Shown here one piece after another: positions 12,201-19,700 of a stretch of DNA of 64,000 bases. Source of the DNA: a virus. The position numbers and the translations under genes are program-made. The stretch's first letter is position 1, and each line of letters opens with the position of its first letter. The notes under the pieces were generated by a model, which was given only the letters and a program-made list of their open reading frames with translations, was not told the origin of the DNA and did not search any database. Where the stretch lies: positions 58,233 to 122,232 of IMG/VR virus record IMGVR_UViG_3300020421_003230. The stretch is one strand, 5' to 3'.

Positions 12201-13301
12201 ACTGCTACAAGTACTTTTGGTTCTCAAGGTGGTGGAGCTTCACCAACAGTTGGAGATGATGTATACTTAGATGCTTTAGGATTTAATGGAACGGGTGCTA
12301 ATGCGGGTAAAATATTCTCACTAAGTAATACACAAGTAGGTGCTGCATTTGTTGAGTTTGAAAATATAAATTTAAAAATTGATTCATTAACTAATAGTGG
12401 TACGGTAAGAGTAGGTATAGATTTTGAAATTTATCATTGTGATGGTTCTGATGCTACTTCAATTAGTAATGCTGAGTTGGTAACAAGAACAAAACCTTTA
12501 GGTACATTTACTTCATTTTCAGCAGCTACTTCACCTGTCACATATACATTAAATGATGTAAGAGCTATTGTTACTAAACAATTCTATTTTGCTAAAATTG
12601 TATTAACACATTATGAATTAACATCATTACCTGCTGGTTCTGATGAAGAAGTTATATGGGGTGGAAATACTGGTGGAACACAAGCTATTAATGAAGAAAA
12701 ATATTTAACTAAAGTTACTGTTACTGGTAAAGGATTCCAATCATATGCTTCTGAATATTCACATGCTAAGTTCGGAGCTCAAAACCAAATCATTGGAGAT
12801 TTAGCAGTTCAGGTAAACAGAGTTAACTTTGGTGGTAGGATGGCAGTTGGTGGACATTTAAATGTTGGTAGTGGTGATATCAATTCACAAACCGTATATG
12901 CATTACACACTACTGGTGATATTGCAGCTACTGGTAATATAGTAGCTTATATTAGTTCTGATGAAAGGTTAAAAGAAAATATAATACCAATCAGAAAAGG
13001 AGTAGATTTAATTCAAAAAATGAATCCTGTTGAGTTTGATTGGAATGAAAAGGGTGTACAATTTGGTTGGGGATTAAGAAAAGTTCAAGAAGGTGGTACA
13101 CGAGATTTAGGATTTATTGCACAAGAACTTGAAGAAGTATTACCTGAAGTTGTTGGTACAGTGGAAAATAAAGAAAAAGAAGAATATCTTGGTGTACAAT
13201 ATGAAAAAATTGTACCTGTATTGGTTAAGGCAGTTCAAGAACAACAAGAAGAAATCGATGAATTAAAAGAACTGGTAAAAAAATTAACAAAGGATAAGTA
13301 A
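273..13301 (+). CDS. Giant tail fibre/adhesin-like virion protein with C-terminal peptidase S74 intramolecular chaperone
   Basis: 4342 aa and G/S/T/N-rich. Has repeated (F/L)ELD..LEISS..ASMSLG units, GxD collagen-like blocks and a CBM5/12-like DRGTW...Y.VNDLVQY.G.TYKC segment. C-terminus has SSDERLKENI...GFIAQELEEVLPEVV...YEKIVPVLVKAVQE plus a coiled coil. Confidence 0.85.
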   Translation: MAILKRINKYQGLKDIDVLVDEKGLSSQYFNITQVPTSFPQGRSTFIIGGSPFLKNNVELKIEILDSKGKTVYTEPITNYLEGDGRRVSVEIYNDTSPGDCFLYVVGELKDNYKSVSALNESVEDITDQMPEMEFDAFDGSTQDVPSEFQGVYNVRYSRPISISTTIPNSEPILFYNQPRVTVSEILKGYVVEVPVSSSVQITGSAEFKPQPNLQPLPPVPEPDPNGFPIIDTSTREDVGKSLEIFKNRRSSKIEPLRFSNFKSRGRIMRRSSPEIDRNEIIIDSLETGEGVDADKASSQFVGGNITINNPKVDFSKLPGDESRYTIPDKYESQISKVKNEKTIVPLDDFLITDNETGERIPIDIKPNTEVTMSYVPTPDPSISTTHFRAFADITLGNLTTFSGDVYKAKISARSRGTLGDFETLYDSTIEAPTVLIDTFSPTGFKNVGYFYTGSIISDYWDVSNGTATIDNSKMIDSVLISGSNQGFTPGVGDSTSGPVTSDRNAVIFATSQSYDLEKNVPYTVSFDAYYYTGPKQMSQDGGVQQHAELEVIVSGSARLGNTNEDYSLGKVEVPTNTTEGEIKGIHNTFVSSTTGDPKLRLKFKATAGQWIIHDVEIKPYSETNFNPDYFRTILPMPHPMPKKPDSYDFLVEFFDVNNNIAETIVVKEEVPFAGAPINIDGDGNLLSGSMYLGNTEGSGIEMHGGSAYLRSIGYDGFDNTIASGSGGFLIFSGSVGDRLNSSEDYQGVGLEIVDAHGATNRFMKFRTDPSTFQVQTDEFFLGSTSQFVSGSNGNIEISSSNFHLSPDGDVTMAGTISATAGNIGDFQIVNGQISGSNITMNATRSQIFKTDQGPGSDTSAVFENLRDEYYIDFTPSESIDKVNNYRPGYYIKMGPNFMVDKDGILIASGATFEGSITASAGLIGGFTTDSHSFSSNNIFISGSPEVGGIDDSKYMFISTSKFNVKQDGSVTGSEFLLEGGTITDNVTILGSVSANSILTPAIINGNPSTEANASSSISSEGFAKFVSASIAGFTVNTEEIKSSDESLRLKSTGQITGSNVLFTGGKIAAWSISGNNISSDGGGIRLNGNGNSAEISVNSHTFGNEGIQFGFNSGAPRFYAGDGSNNFLRYDTSNGVNIKTIKFELDTPTLEISSAEASMSLGSGQEVVIRGNSNSPFIAIQPSVALVDKAYGEIGIMLAVAAGTTPLFSVVGTGGHIKFNGTGIDLASDTFDLDAGTIIMASATNNGKIALGATPPTAYNSGDGVYMDGTGKLLIGSGSGDHIQFDGTNFDVQVGSLELDANNIEISSANASMSLGEGNILLDGSNNKIKVGAHSSNNVEIVGSSTQGYIATGKTSATSTTAGFWLANNNSDPEFHVGDASNFVKFDGGNFNLASENLEISSSTIQISTAESSMSFGHDNTASDGKIIIEGKGTPSFRVGPDAGNLSLTAGSGVFIDGDGNFKFGDSDGNVTFDGGSFSITGSDVAINVTDINISSSGFEVSSTEASMSLGTNKQWLASGNGVNPFLSIGQTTAAYDNTGIFLGYVNSVSRPKFSLVGSSGHLKFDDGIDIATTTFELDTPGLEISNTQQSMSIGPSNTNPITLQSNGADRSIRFGSKTDFDQTTTAGFIMGIDNGNAKFDFTIGSGNNNYIRMSSGGVDIKTPNFLLDTTNLDINSATSRISVSDGSNERVRIGEISDSASDLFGMKIYDGSGTADSNTLVKLGEEGNEIAGWTITNDRLSGGKMIIRQDGTIESDGFASNVAGSGFRLTADQGGFLEVENARIRGTMSTTVFEKESVNAVGGQLYVANSTTLATGSIVTAAQTTMSVENVSGFLANEILSAKKVDSGGFSTEYLLVDSASRDNPSSQTDFKGKLFVTRAYGSGVAGDSGSLGDTPGSATFYSGSQVLVSTGKVGTGYIRLNANPSDPTTPYIDIVERTGSAVYDVSLKARLGDLSGLSSGLLYGNTNPGFGLFTENVFLQGAITATTGSFTGIVHIGTSAAEEMRLGTDVNSSNDGLHINNNNYWYTTGAFKVGSSNFFLSNDSSGNISIQPKELTLQVSDGSGGHKFELAGTATEQSMSFNNEDVVIGSDGSRGFARIGRNTAKAIFVTGSQALGAIRIAKDSFTDDTAGFWLANDDGTPQFYIGNSSSHLKFDGSNISLSGDAFNVTASNVDITTGTMLVDADDFQINSTIPSMSLGYDSNSNVGMEFVGGSTTTIKFGPKASPKLLLQSDSQDAFMRIGSQTFGGTDGGIIIGSDNGTAKLDLFTDSDNFFRFNDSEVSIRTNTFDFQGTNLALNNTRMFLGTITSNSDTSGAGVYMDNAGVFRLQGDTTNFIRVGGGSLSIGSDDLNIDTAKGDIVFNSGTQRISLGASPPTDFSSNGIILSGSGEFNFQRDGSNYIRNTSSGFDIKAANFDLDAGTIIMDNGTNSGVIKLGGSASTITATANAGIYMDGTGVFRVGSATSGDAYIYYDGSTLDINTSDLSIITTGTNKIKIDSTASTPVLSMGATLPTAYNSGNGFFVDGTGKFLVGNTSGNHLSWDGTNITLVGSIRQTTGGQTIVDFVDRGTWSGSSTSYAVNDLVQYSGSTYKCINAHTSTNDTNTTTGRPDTATNSWAVYAAGGSDGADGADGADGADGSPGATAKTVSLSASAFVIEYNAAGGGGSGTITLTATSQNFTNAFFKFTGGGGAFTDETSYTDGSGANSDTATFTIPASYSSTPYTFTVSVQEGASGGEVASDTVTIASIKPGAAGSDGSDGADGADGSDGAAGADAYTVILTNESHTLPTTNTGTVTYTGSGTNVVVYKGATELNSVTGTPGSGEFKVTATATNITAGSQTVSGNPAVFADHSNCSQNTAQVSYAVLIENTTTITKIQSISKATQGTDGSDGADGADGADGAAGSNAKNISVSANSLVFVKAQDGTLSPSSVTITANGQNLTQAGSFSTTAGTLTSKTENSSGGSATVTSGNFVDGMVVTYTTHGNDGSLTDSVTLKELDEGSGTVSAILSNEAHVFPATTAGAVSSYSNSGTTIKVFEGATALTFTTGTPAAGEFAVSVGNTANITEGAVSGNGTNTCTIADHSAAADGTDEYVIVYTITGKTANGTSFTSFTKSQSLSKSKTGATGNAGANAATLNISSNTQVFAFDNSSDTTPTPTTATITVNQQNQASDLVTGDISVTNGSKSSFSYSGGSGTGAATVTITPSGTYPVTVSVSNDGISDSLQIPKVQGGNAGADGSDGSDGSDGSAGADAITIINTNSTHTLPANSSGVVSSYANSGTTIQVYEGTTQLDYDGTGTANGHFTIATSQSPTSTITIGSISDSGNDAVVAVHSGMSNTTDNVLINYTITGKRLDGTSLGSIVTTQTIGKNKTGAAGSDGSDGADGSDGSDGTDGSDGAGVVFRGVYDASTKYFHTSIRKDVVEGSDGNYYIVNNESDNNTTNWNNPVGGGSDWTAFGAQFSSVATDILLAQDATITNGLVIGDGAADGFIRSADATSETAGAGFFMIDDHSTSSAKFRVGTATSGDNYLYFNGSGLDIKAGTFNLATSTDLVISSANKSISLANGNITLDGDSNSNVGHIEVGGLTGTSANQTQKGAYFKGDGDFIIKSNTTANENYIQGLGGDLIIKADDIDITSTTFNLSTSTLQITDGSAAAAAGKIVISGTDQHIKIGTGISIDGDGDSNAGSITIGSNVTLNGSSDSTISGWTVGSTLSASSGATFIALDPGNKKIRIGEKTSIDNSNDGVHIGSDGISLGTNTPFKVTAAGVLTSSSGTIGGWTIGNTLSATNIILNPAGPNIQLAGKTTFADNNVDGVYIGTEGIAIGDDNEFSVTNAGAVVATNITAKGGFIGNGASGFTINNSQFYNGRSSFASTTTGVYVGTDGISVGESSVGNVKINDSGDITAFGTNASNNIRIVTNQFDNNPAIIFQQPALGIGVGIPITLKMSSTGSYFNPRTDYTENVDLKSNTQSIGTATSTFGSQGGGASPTVGDDVYLDALGFNGTGANAGKIFSLSNTQVGAAFVEFENINLKIDSLTNSGTVRVGIDFEIYHCDGSDATSISNAELVTRTKPLGTFTSFSAATSPVTYTLNDVRAIVTKQFYFAKIVLTHYELTSLPAGSDEEVIWGGNTGGTQAINEEKYLTKVTVTGKGFQSYASEYSHAKFGAQNQIIGDLAVQVNRVNFGGRMAVGGHLNVGSGDINSQTVYALHTTGDIAATGNIVAYISSDERLKENIIPIRKGVDLIQKMNPVEFDWNEKGVQFGWGLRKVQEGGTRDLGFIAQELEEVLPEVVGTVENKEKEEYLGVQYEKIVPVLVKAVQEQQEEIDELKELVKKLTKDK
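8148..10478 (+). repeat. Five blocks of 9-nt tandem repeats encoding G-(S/A/T)-D collagen-like linkers
   Basis: Blocks at about 8148-8210, 8528-8600, 8931-8990, 9972-10034 and 10398-10478 (e.g. gatggagcc gatggagcc), separating beta-rich modules such as (V/A/I)I(L/N)(T/S)N..H(T/V)(L/F)P. Confidence 0.85.
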
Positions 13302-14383
13302 TGGCATACGCACCTACTGGTTCATTTCTAACAATTAATGCTTTAGCATATGCACTTGATGGTAGTACCTCATCTTCAGCTGAAGAAGTAAAAACTAATT
13401 CTGGTTCACATGGTGTGGATATGAGGCAAATTGCAAAACGATATCAAGGAACATTGGGTGTAAATGATGACGACCCTACAGAATTTTCTTTAGGTGATTT
13501 TGGTGTAGATAAATTTCAATCATGTGTAGTAGACCCAACAGGAAGAGTCACAGAATCACCATCAGGTGGAACAACTGTAAACGAGGGAGTTACAAGTATC
13601 TTTTTTGCAAGAGTTCAAAATTGTGGTACACAATGGACAAGTAGTTTAGGTGGTGATGAAAATAATTGGTCATGGACTTTGAATGTTAATGCACCATATA
13701 CAGCAGAAGTTGGTGATATATCTTTTACCAATGCACATGCTAATTGTTCAGCTTCATTTAGTACTATACAAGATGCAGATGGAGATAATGATACCGTATT
13801 AGTATCTTATACATATACGGATGATTACAATGTATCTGCTTCAAATTATAATACTCAAGTTTCCAATACAATAACAATTGTTGATACTTATACACCAGGT
13901 GGTGGTGGTGGTTGTTTTGCTTTAAACACTATGGTGAGTAAAAGTGATGGTACATCTGTACAAATGGATGATTTAGAAATTGGAGATGAAGTTGTTTCTT
14001 TTGGTTACCAGGATATGATAGATGAATCTGATTCTGATGATTATAGGGGATATACAACACATAGTTTATCTACAGGATTTTATACAAGTTCTTTCGTAAA
14101 AGATATGACTTATACTTATTTAGATTCTTATTACCACATAAACAATAGTATTAAGGTTAGTGATTTACATTCATTTTGGGTAAGTGGTTCAGATAATATG
14201 TGGTCATGGAAAACTGCTGATAAGATGTCAGTTGGTGATTGGTTTTTAAGTGATAATAAAAAAGTAGTTCAAGTTAGTTCTTCAATACTTATTAATGATG
14301 AGTTAGAAGCAATGTTTGTAAATGTTGAAGATGTTGATACATTATTTGTAGAGGGGGTTTTAGTACACAATGCAAAAGATTAA
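13301..14383 (+). CDS. Putative virion protein with C-terminal Hint (intein-like) domain
   Basis: GGGGG|CFALNTMVSKSDG...DLEIGDEV (Cys codon 13913), SDLH block-B-like motif, terminal VLVHN followed by AKD-stop. Confidence 0.8.
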   Translation: MAYAPTGSFLTINALAYALDGSTSSSAEEVKTNSGSHGVDMRQIAKRYQGTLGVNDDDPTEFSLGDFGVDKFQSCVVDPTGRVTESPSGGTTVNEGVTSIFFARVQNCGTQWTSSLGGDENNWSWTLNVNAPYTAEVGDISFTNAHANCSASFSTIQDADGDNDTVLVSYTYTDDYNVSASNYNTQVSNTITIVDTYTPGGGGGCFALNTMVSKSDGTSVQMDDLEIGDEVVSFGYQDMIDESDSDDYRGYTTHSLSTGFYTSSFVKDMTYTYLDSYYHINNSIKVSDLHSFWVSGSDNMWSWKTADKMSVGDWFLSDNKKVVQVSSSILINDELEAMFVNVEDVDTLFVEGVLVHNAKD

Positions 14384-15542
14384 AGAATATGATGTTTATT
14401 ATACCACAGGTGGTGGTACTTTAGTTGGTGGAGGTGCCGATGTTTGGGTTAACAATTGGATAAAAGAAATAGCACCGAAATTAAATGTAACACCAAAGTT
14501 GATGATTCATAGAAATCGTCCTAAAGTTGAATGGAGTTTAGAACAACATAAAAAGTTTGAAGATAAAGTAAAGAAAAATCAAAATGTAGGTGAAGGTCGT
14601 AGTGTTCATCAACAAATAAAGAAAAATTTCAAAGAGGCTACTAACCAAGATGTCAATCATACTTGGACAACACCTAAATCATATACACCAGCACCAGAAC
14701 TTGAATACTTTTGGCAAGGTGATGATATGGATGAATTTGAAAAAGTAATGAAAGGTGCTAGAAGAATTCATATTCTACATGGATATTATTCACCACATCG
14801 TTATATTACTGAAAACTTAGATAAAATTCATACCAATGCTGTACATTGTGATGTACATAAAGCAATGATGGCTCCATTTATTTTGGGTTTAGAAAAATCG
14901 TTTCATTTTCATATGGAGAAAAAATGGGAAAATGAAATTGTAGAATCAGCTAAACATCCATTTTGGATTGGTGTATCTAAACCTAATTTAAATAAGAATC
15001 CCAATCATTTACTACACATACCAAACTATTATGAATTTAAACATAATAAAGATGTTACTGATAATAATAGAATTGGTTTTGCTGCAAGAATGGAATCAAG
15101 AAAGTGTCCACATTTTTTAGATGGGTTAAAGGCTGATGTTTATACGGATACAAAAGATATTCAATGGTGGGAAAGAAATGTAAACCTTAATACAAAACTA
15201 TGGAGAAAGTTTGTTTTCAGATGGGAACATCTTGATAGATTTTATCAAAGGGATTGGGGAATATCACACTCGGCACATATTTACGAACCATTTGGATATT
15301 CAATATTTCAAGCGGTTGATTGGGGTAAGGTTCCTATATTGGCACACGATTGGTTACCAAAATATGATTATCCATTTAGAGCTTCTAATTCTGTAGAGTT
15401 TCATGAACAATATAAAAAGTTGTGTGAAGTATCATTAGATGGAAGAAGAAATATATTAAATCCACTTAGAGAATATTTAACTGAAAAGTTTGATAATAAA
15501 GAAGAGTGGGTAGAAAAAATGTTAAAATTATATAATGAGTGA
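14370..15542 (+). CDS. GT-B glycosyltransferase (GT4-like)
   Basis: N-terminal GGADVWV, a GFAARME..K motif and a C-terminal EPFGYSIFQAVDWGKVPI motif. Confidence 0.65.
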   Translation: MQKIKEYDVYYTTGGGTLVGGGADVWVNNWIKEIAPKLNVTPKLMIHRNRPKVEWSLEQHKKFEDKVKKNQNVGEGRSVHQQIKKNFKEATNQDVNHTWTTPKSYTPAPELEYFWQGDDMDEFEKVMKGARRIHILHGYYSPHRYITENLDKIHTNAVHCDVHKAMMAPFILGLEKSFHFHMEKKWENEIVESAKHPFWIGVSKPNLNKNPNHLLHIPNYYEFKHNKDVTDNNRIGFAARMESRKCPHFLDGLKADVYTDTKDIQWWERNVNLNTKLWRKFVFRWEHLDRFYQRDWGISHSAHIYEPFGYSIFQAVDWGKVPILAHDWLPKYDYPFRASNSVEFHEQYKKLCEVSLDGRRNILNPLREYLTEKFDNKEEWVEKMLKLYNE

Positions 15543-15553
15543 TATTTATTAAC

Positions 15554-16600
15554 ATGAGTACAACAGCAAATCAAGACTTATCATTAGGAAAATTAAAGAG
15601 GGCCGTAGATGGAACCGATTCATATACTACCGCCGACACTTCTTTGGGTACTCAAAATGATGGTTCAAGTGAAACAAAGATGTCGGACTTTTCTATTGAT
15701 AGTGTAGATAGTACATCAGGATTTGCATATCTTTGGGAAAGTACTTCTGAAACCTATCAATTAAATTTTACAAATAATGGTGCACTATTTTTATCTAAGA
15801 TAGGAAATAGAACAGAAAACTTTGATTGGTTGAGTAGTGATGCTATAGTTTCAATTAGTGGTGATTATACCGCTACTGCTACAGCTGGTGCTATTTCAAA
15901 TGCCAATACAGGTACTGGTGATGCTACTGATTTCTTACCAGCTGGTACAAATAATGTAGATTTAACAATTCGAGGTAGATATAATGATGATGGACAGACT
16001 GATGGATATAATGACCATGCAACTAATTATAATACATACAGAAATAAAGCAGTTCAGGTTATTGATGCATATGGTGGTTCACCAAGTTGTTTATTAATCG
16101 GTACACCAATCGAGATGGCAGATGGTTCATTTAAAGATGTAGAAGATTTAGAAATAGGTGATTGGGTATTAGCTATGAATATGCCTGGTCAATTGGATGA
16201 GGATGAAAAAGATTGGAGAAGTTCAAGGTTTGAGGATTCTTCTAAATTCACACAACATTCAGCAAGTGTTCAAGATATTAACTTTGATTTTGCACATAAT
16301 TATTGGAATATTAATAATGGTTCTGAATTAATTACAGGTGAACATGAAATGTTATATAAACCAAAAACTGCTGATAGTGAATTTGCTACAAAGTGGATGT
16401 GGCAATTAGTTCCTAATATGAAAGTTGGTGATTTATTGATGGATAAAGATGGGAATGAAGTTAAAATTACTTCATTGGAAAATGTTATAGATAATGATAC
16501 AGGATTTGAAGTTGTACAGATTGATGTTGAACCATTAGATGTTTATTTTGGTAAAACCTTTTTAGTACACAATAAGGGAAGTGATTCGAATCCATTTTAA
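15554..16600 (+). CDS. Second putative virion protein with C-terminal Hint domain
   Basis: GGSPS|CLLIGTPIEMADG..K.VEDLEIGD (Cys codon 16088), ITGEH block B, FLVHN followed by KGSDSNPF. ATG 15554 preferred, just after TATTTATT at 15543-15550. Confidence 0.8.
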   Translation: MSTTANQDLSLGKLKRAVDGTDSYTTADTSLGTQNDGSSETKMSDFSIDSVDSTSGFAYLWESTSETYQLNFTNNGALFLSKIGNRTENFDWLSSDAIVSISGDYTATATAGAISNANTGTGDATDFLPAGTNNVDLTIRGRYNDDGQTDGYNDHATNYNTYRNKAVQVIDAYGGSPSCLLIGTPIEMADGSFKDVEDLEIGDWVLAMNMPGQLDEDEKDWRSSRFEDSSKFTQHSASVQDINFDFAHNYWNINNGSELITGEHEMLYKPKTADSEFATKWMWQLVPNMKVGDLLMDKDGNEVKITSLENVIDNDTGFEVVQIDVEPLDVYFGKTFLVHNKGSDSNPF

Positions 16601-16630
16601 AAAAAATTACATTATCATAGTTTAAAGTTA

Positions 16631-16638
16631 TATTTATA
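16631..16638 (+). promoter_or_regulatory. TATTTATA motif at the start of the main glyco operon
   Basis: Intergenic, 13 nt before ATG 16652. Confidence 0.55.
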
Positions 16639-16651
16639 TATAAGGTTATTT

Positions 16652-17380
16652 ATGAATCGAAACATATTAAATTACGATGCAATAAAATATTTCATCACTA
16701 ATAATGGTGAAATTGGAAAAGTACCATATCGTTGGACACATGGTGCCACGGATTTACATATGGGTGATGGGTTATTAATTTACTCTATCGTACAATTTTA
16801 TAAATCAAAAACTTGTGTGTGCTTAGGAAGTGGTGGTGGATTCATTCCAAGAATAATATCACAGGCAAGACAAGATTTACACCGAGATGGTACATTTACA
16901 GGTAGTGATAAATATGATTATGGTGATATTGGTTCAACATACATTGTTGATGCAATGAATGGAATAAATGGTGAAGTAGATTGGGAAGATAAAGATAGTT
17001 TTCTTAATGTTAATTTTTGGCCACAAGTTATAAAAGAAACTACAGAAGATGCATATTATAATTTCTTTGTAAAGAGAGAAATGAAAATAGATTACTTACA
17101 CATTGATGCTGACCATACACTTGATGGAGTGAAAAAAGATTTTGAGTTATATTCAAATATATTGAGTAAAAATGGAATAGTTACAATACATGATACTGAT
17201 AAAAATTATGTTGATAACTTTTCTGAAATAGAAAATCACAAGGGAGATGATTTATCAGGCCCAAGTGAATTTGTAAAAACAATTAATAAGAAAAGGTTCG
17301 AAGTATTTAATTTTTTTAATCATGGAATTATGAAAGATAAACCAAGTTCAACAGGACTAACGATTGTGAGGAAGAAATGA
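16652..17380 (+). CDS. Class I SAM-dependent methyltransferase (Methyltransf_24-like)
   Basis: VCLGSGGG motif I; IDYLHIDADHT..GVKKDF...NGIVTIHD. Confidence 0.75.
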   Translation: MNRNILNYDAIKYFITNNGEIGKVPYRWTHGATDLHMGDGLLIYSIVQFYKSKTCVCLGSGGGFIPRIISQARQDLHRDGTFTGSDKYDYGDIGSTYIVDAMNGINGEVDWEDKDSFLNVNFWPQVIKETTEDAYYNFFVKREMKIDYLHIDADHTLDGVKKDFELYSNILSKNGIVTIHDTDKNYVDNFSEIENHKGDDLSGPSEFVKTINKKRFEVFNFFNHGIMKDKPSSTGLTIVRKK

Positions 17381-18234
17381 ATTTAGTTACAATAAGCGGA
17401 CATCATGTTAATACAATAGAACATATGTTAAATCATTATAAAGATAAAGTAAATGATATTTTTATAGGAGTACATCGTAATAGTTTATCAGATGAAGATT
17501 ATGATAGGTTAGTTCAGATTACAAATGATATTGGTTGTGGGATTTACAAGGAATATGATTTTCCACTTTATCATTGGACTAATGTTACGGATATTTATAA
17601 TGAAATAAAAATGTTAAAACCAAATGATTGGTGGATTATATCTGATGATGATGAGTTTCATCAATACCAAAATCCATTAAATGATATAGTTGATAATTGT
17701 GAAGATAATGGTTGGAAGTTTGTTACTGGTGCTTTTCTTGATAGAATTTCTATAGATGGTTCTTTGAAAAAAGTTGAACAAAATATTGATATATCAAAAC
17801 AATTTCCACTCGGTGGTATGTTTAGGTTTTTAGTTTCAAAGGCATGTCCTAATAAAGTTGTTATGGCTAAGGGTGATGTACAAGTATCAAGTGGTCAACA
17901 TTATGCTATTATAGATGGTAAAGAAGTTAGAACAAGAGATAACTCTGAGGTAGCATCAGGTATTGACCATCCACAAAGATGTGATTATTTATGGGAGTTT
18001 ACACAAGTACATCATTACAAGTGGGATGAATCATTAAAGAAAAGGTTAGAGCAGATAGTGAGTATTGATGAACAATATACTTATGGTTGGGAATATTCTT
18101 TACTTGTTGATTATCTTAATTATCATGGTGGGTTGATAGATATCAATGATAAAAATTTTAAATTACAAAATATGAATGAATTTCCTAATCACGAATCTTG
18201 GGATTATATTAGGGACATTAGTTTGAGGTTTTAG
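17377..18234 (+). CDS. GT-A glycosyltransferase (GT2-like)
   Basis: MLNHY...DWWIISDDDEFH (DxD), later VHHYKW. Confidence 0.6.
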   Translation: MNLVTISGHHVNTIEHMLNHYKDKVNDIFIGVHRNSLSDEDYDRLVQITNDIGCGIYKEYDFPLYHWTNVTDIYNEIKMLKPNDWWIISDDDEFHQYQNPLNDIVDNCEDNGWKFVTGAFLDRISIDGSLKKVEQNIDISKQFPLGGMFRFLVSKACPNKVVMAKGDVQVSSGQHYAIIDGKEVRTRDNSEVASGIDHPQRCDYLWEFTQVHHYKWDESLKKRLEQIVSIDEQYTYGWEYSLLVDYLNYHGGLIDINDKNFKLQNMNEFPNHESWDYIRDISLRF

Positions 18235-19700
18235 TGGAAGATTATACTTTAGCAATAATAGTACCTTATAGAGACAGAAGAAAAGATTTAGATATCTTTG
18301 TACCACACATGGATGAGTTCTTATCTGATAAGAATATAGATTATACTATATTTGTAATTGAACAAGAAGATGATAGGCCATTCAATCGTGGTAAGTTATT
18401 GAACATTGGATTTGATTTAATAAAAGATGATTTTGATTACTTTTGTTTTCACGATGTTGATATGTTACCAATCAATGATGATTGTGATTATAGTTACGAT
18501 GATGTACCAATCCACTTAGCATCTGAACTTGAATCGTATAATTATAAATTACCTTATGAACAATTTTTTGGTGGAGTGGTTTTATTTACAAAAGAAGATT
18601 TTATTGAAGTTAATGGATATTCAAATGAGTATTGGGGTTATGGTGTAGAAGATTTAGATATGATGTATAGAATAGAAAAGGCTGGATTACAACACGAAGT
18701 TCAATATGATATTTCAGGAGTAACAAAACAATTAAGATATAGTTTGAGTGAAGTAAAAGTATCCAATTCATTAACATCAAAAGAAATAAAATATATAACA
18801 TTAGATGGTAGTTCATCATTAGTTATAAAAAATGGTAATCCAAAATTATTAAACTTAACTAACAATTCATATACACTTAGTGTGTGGGTTAGACCACATG
18901 ATAAAGGTGAACGAATGCAGGGTATCATATCAAGACCAGGTCATCATTCAGGTATATTTTATAACACATCTACTAAAATGATGGAGAGTAAATTTCAATC
19001 ACAAGTTTGGGATAAGAATAAATTAAATTATATTGTAGACAGAAGTGTTAAGAGTAATGAGTGGTATTTTGTAACAATGACCTTAGATACTAAAACTAAA
19101 AAAATAAAAATGTATGTTAATGGTGTACAAGTTATTGATAAATTTAATAGACAAGAATTAGAAGAAGAGTTGTTTGATTATGAAACTCGTTCTTGGTTCA
19201 TTGGTAATTCATACGCAAATAAAAATCCTTTTATTGGAGATATTGCTGATGTTAAGATTTATGATAAGGTGTTAACAGATGAAGAAGTAGAACAAGAATA
19301 TTTTGGTGGGATAGATATAAAACCATTAGTGAATATAGATTTTTCTAAAGGATATAGAAACACTTACTTTGATGTAACAAGTAACCATTGTAACTTAATG
19401 ATTTCTACTGATAATATTTTACCATACAAAACAGAAACTATAAAACTTGGGAATGAATATCCAATACCAGTTAGAAAAAATGGTAGATACAAATGTTTAA
19501 AACATAAAGGTGATAATCAGATTTTAGAAAAATATGATTCGTTTGACCCTGATATTGAAGCAAACTTAGAAATATTTTTTGAAGACATAAGAACTGATGA
19601 GGTAGATTATAAAACTATTGGATTAAATAATTTAAGTTATAAAATACTTGATAGAGAAACTTTTCAAGATAGGCACGAATGGGTAAAGGTAGTAACATGA
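18234..19700 (+). CDS. GT7 beta-1,4-galactosyltransferase-like protein with inserted LamG/ConA domain
   Basis: AIIVPYRDR, FNRGKLLNIG, FHDVDMLP, GYSNEYWGYGVED; LamG-like YTLSVWV...WYFVTMT...MYVNG...FIGDIADVKIYDKVLT. Confidence 0.85.
   Translation: MEDYTLAIIVPYRDRRKDLDIFVPHMDEFLSDKNIDYTIFVIEQEDDRPFNRGKLLNIGFDLIKDDFDYFCFHDVDMLPINDDCDYSYDDVPIHLASELESYNYKLPYEQFFGGVVLFTKEDFIEVNGYSNEYWGYGVEDLDMMYRIEKAGLQHEVQYDISGVTKQLRYSLSEVKVSNSLTSKEIKYITLDGSSSLVIKNGNPKLLNLTNNSYTLSVWVRPHDKGERMQGIISRPGHHSGIFYNTSTKMMESKFQSQVWDKNKLNYIVDRSVKSNEWYFVTMTLDTKTKKIKMYVNGVQVIDKFNRQELEEELFDYETRSWFIGNSYANKNPFIGDIADVKIYDKVLTDEEVEQEYFGGIDIKPLVNIDFSKGYRNTYFDVTSNHCNLMISTDNILPYKTETIKLGNEYPIPVRKNGRYKCLKHKGDNQILEKYDSFDPDIEANLEIFFEDIRTDEVDYKTIGLNNLSYKILDRETFQDRHEWVKVVT

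Noticed and set aside
13913-16573. Hint domains as classical mobile inteins
   Set aside because: No Cys/Ser/Thr at +1, almost no C-extein and no homing endonuclease
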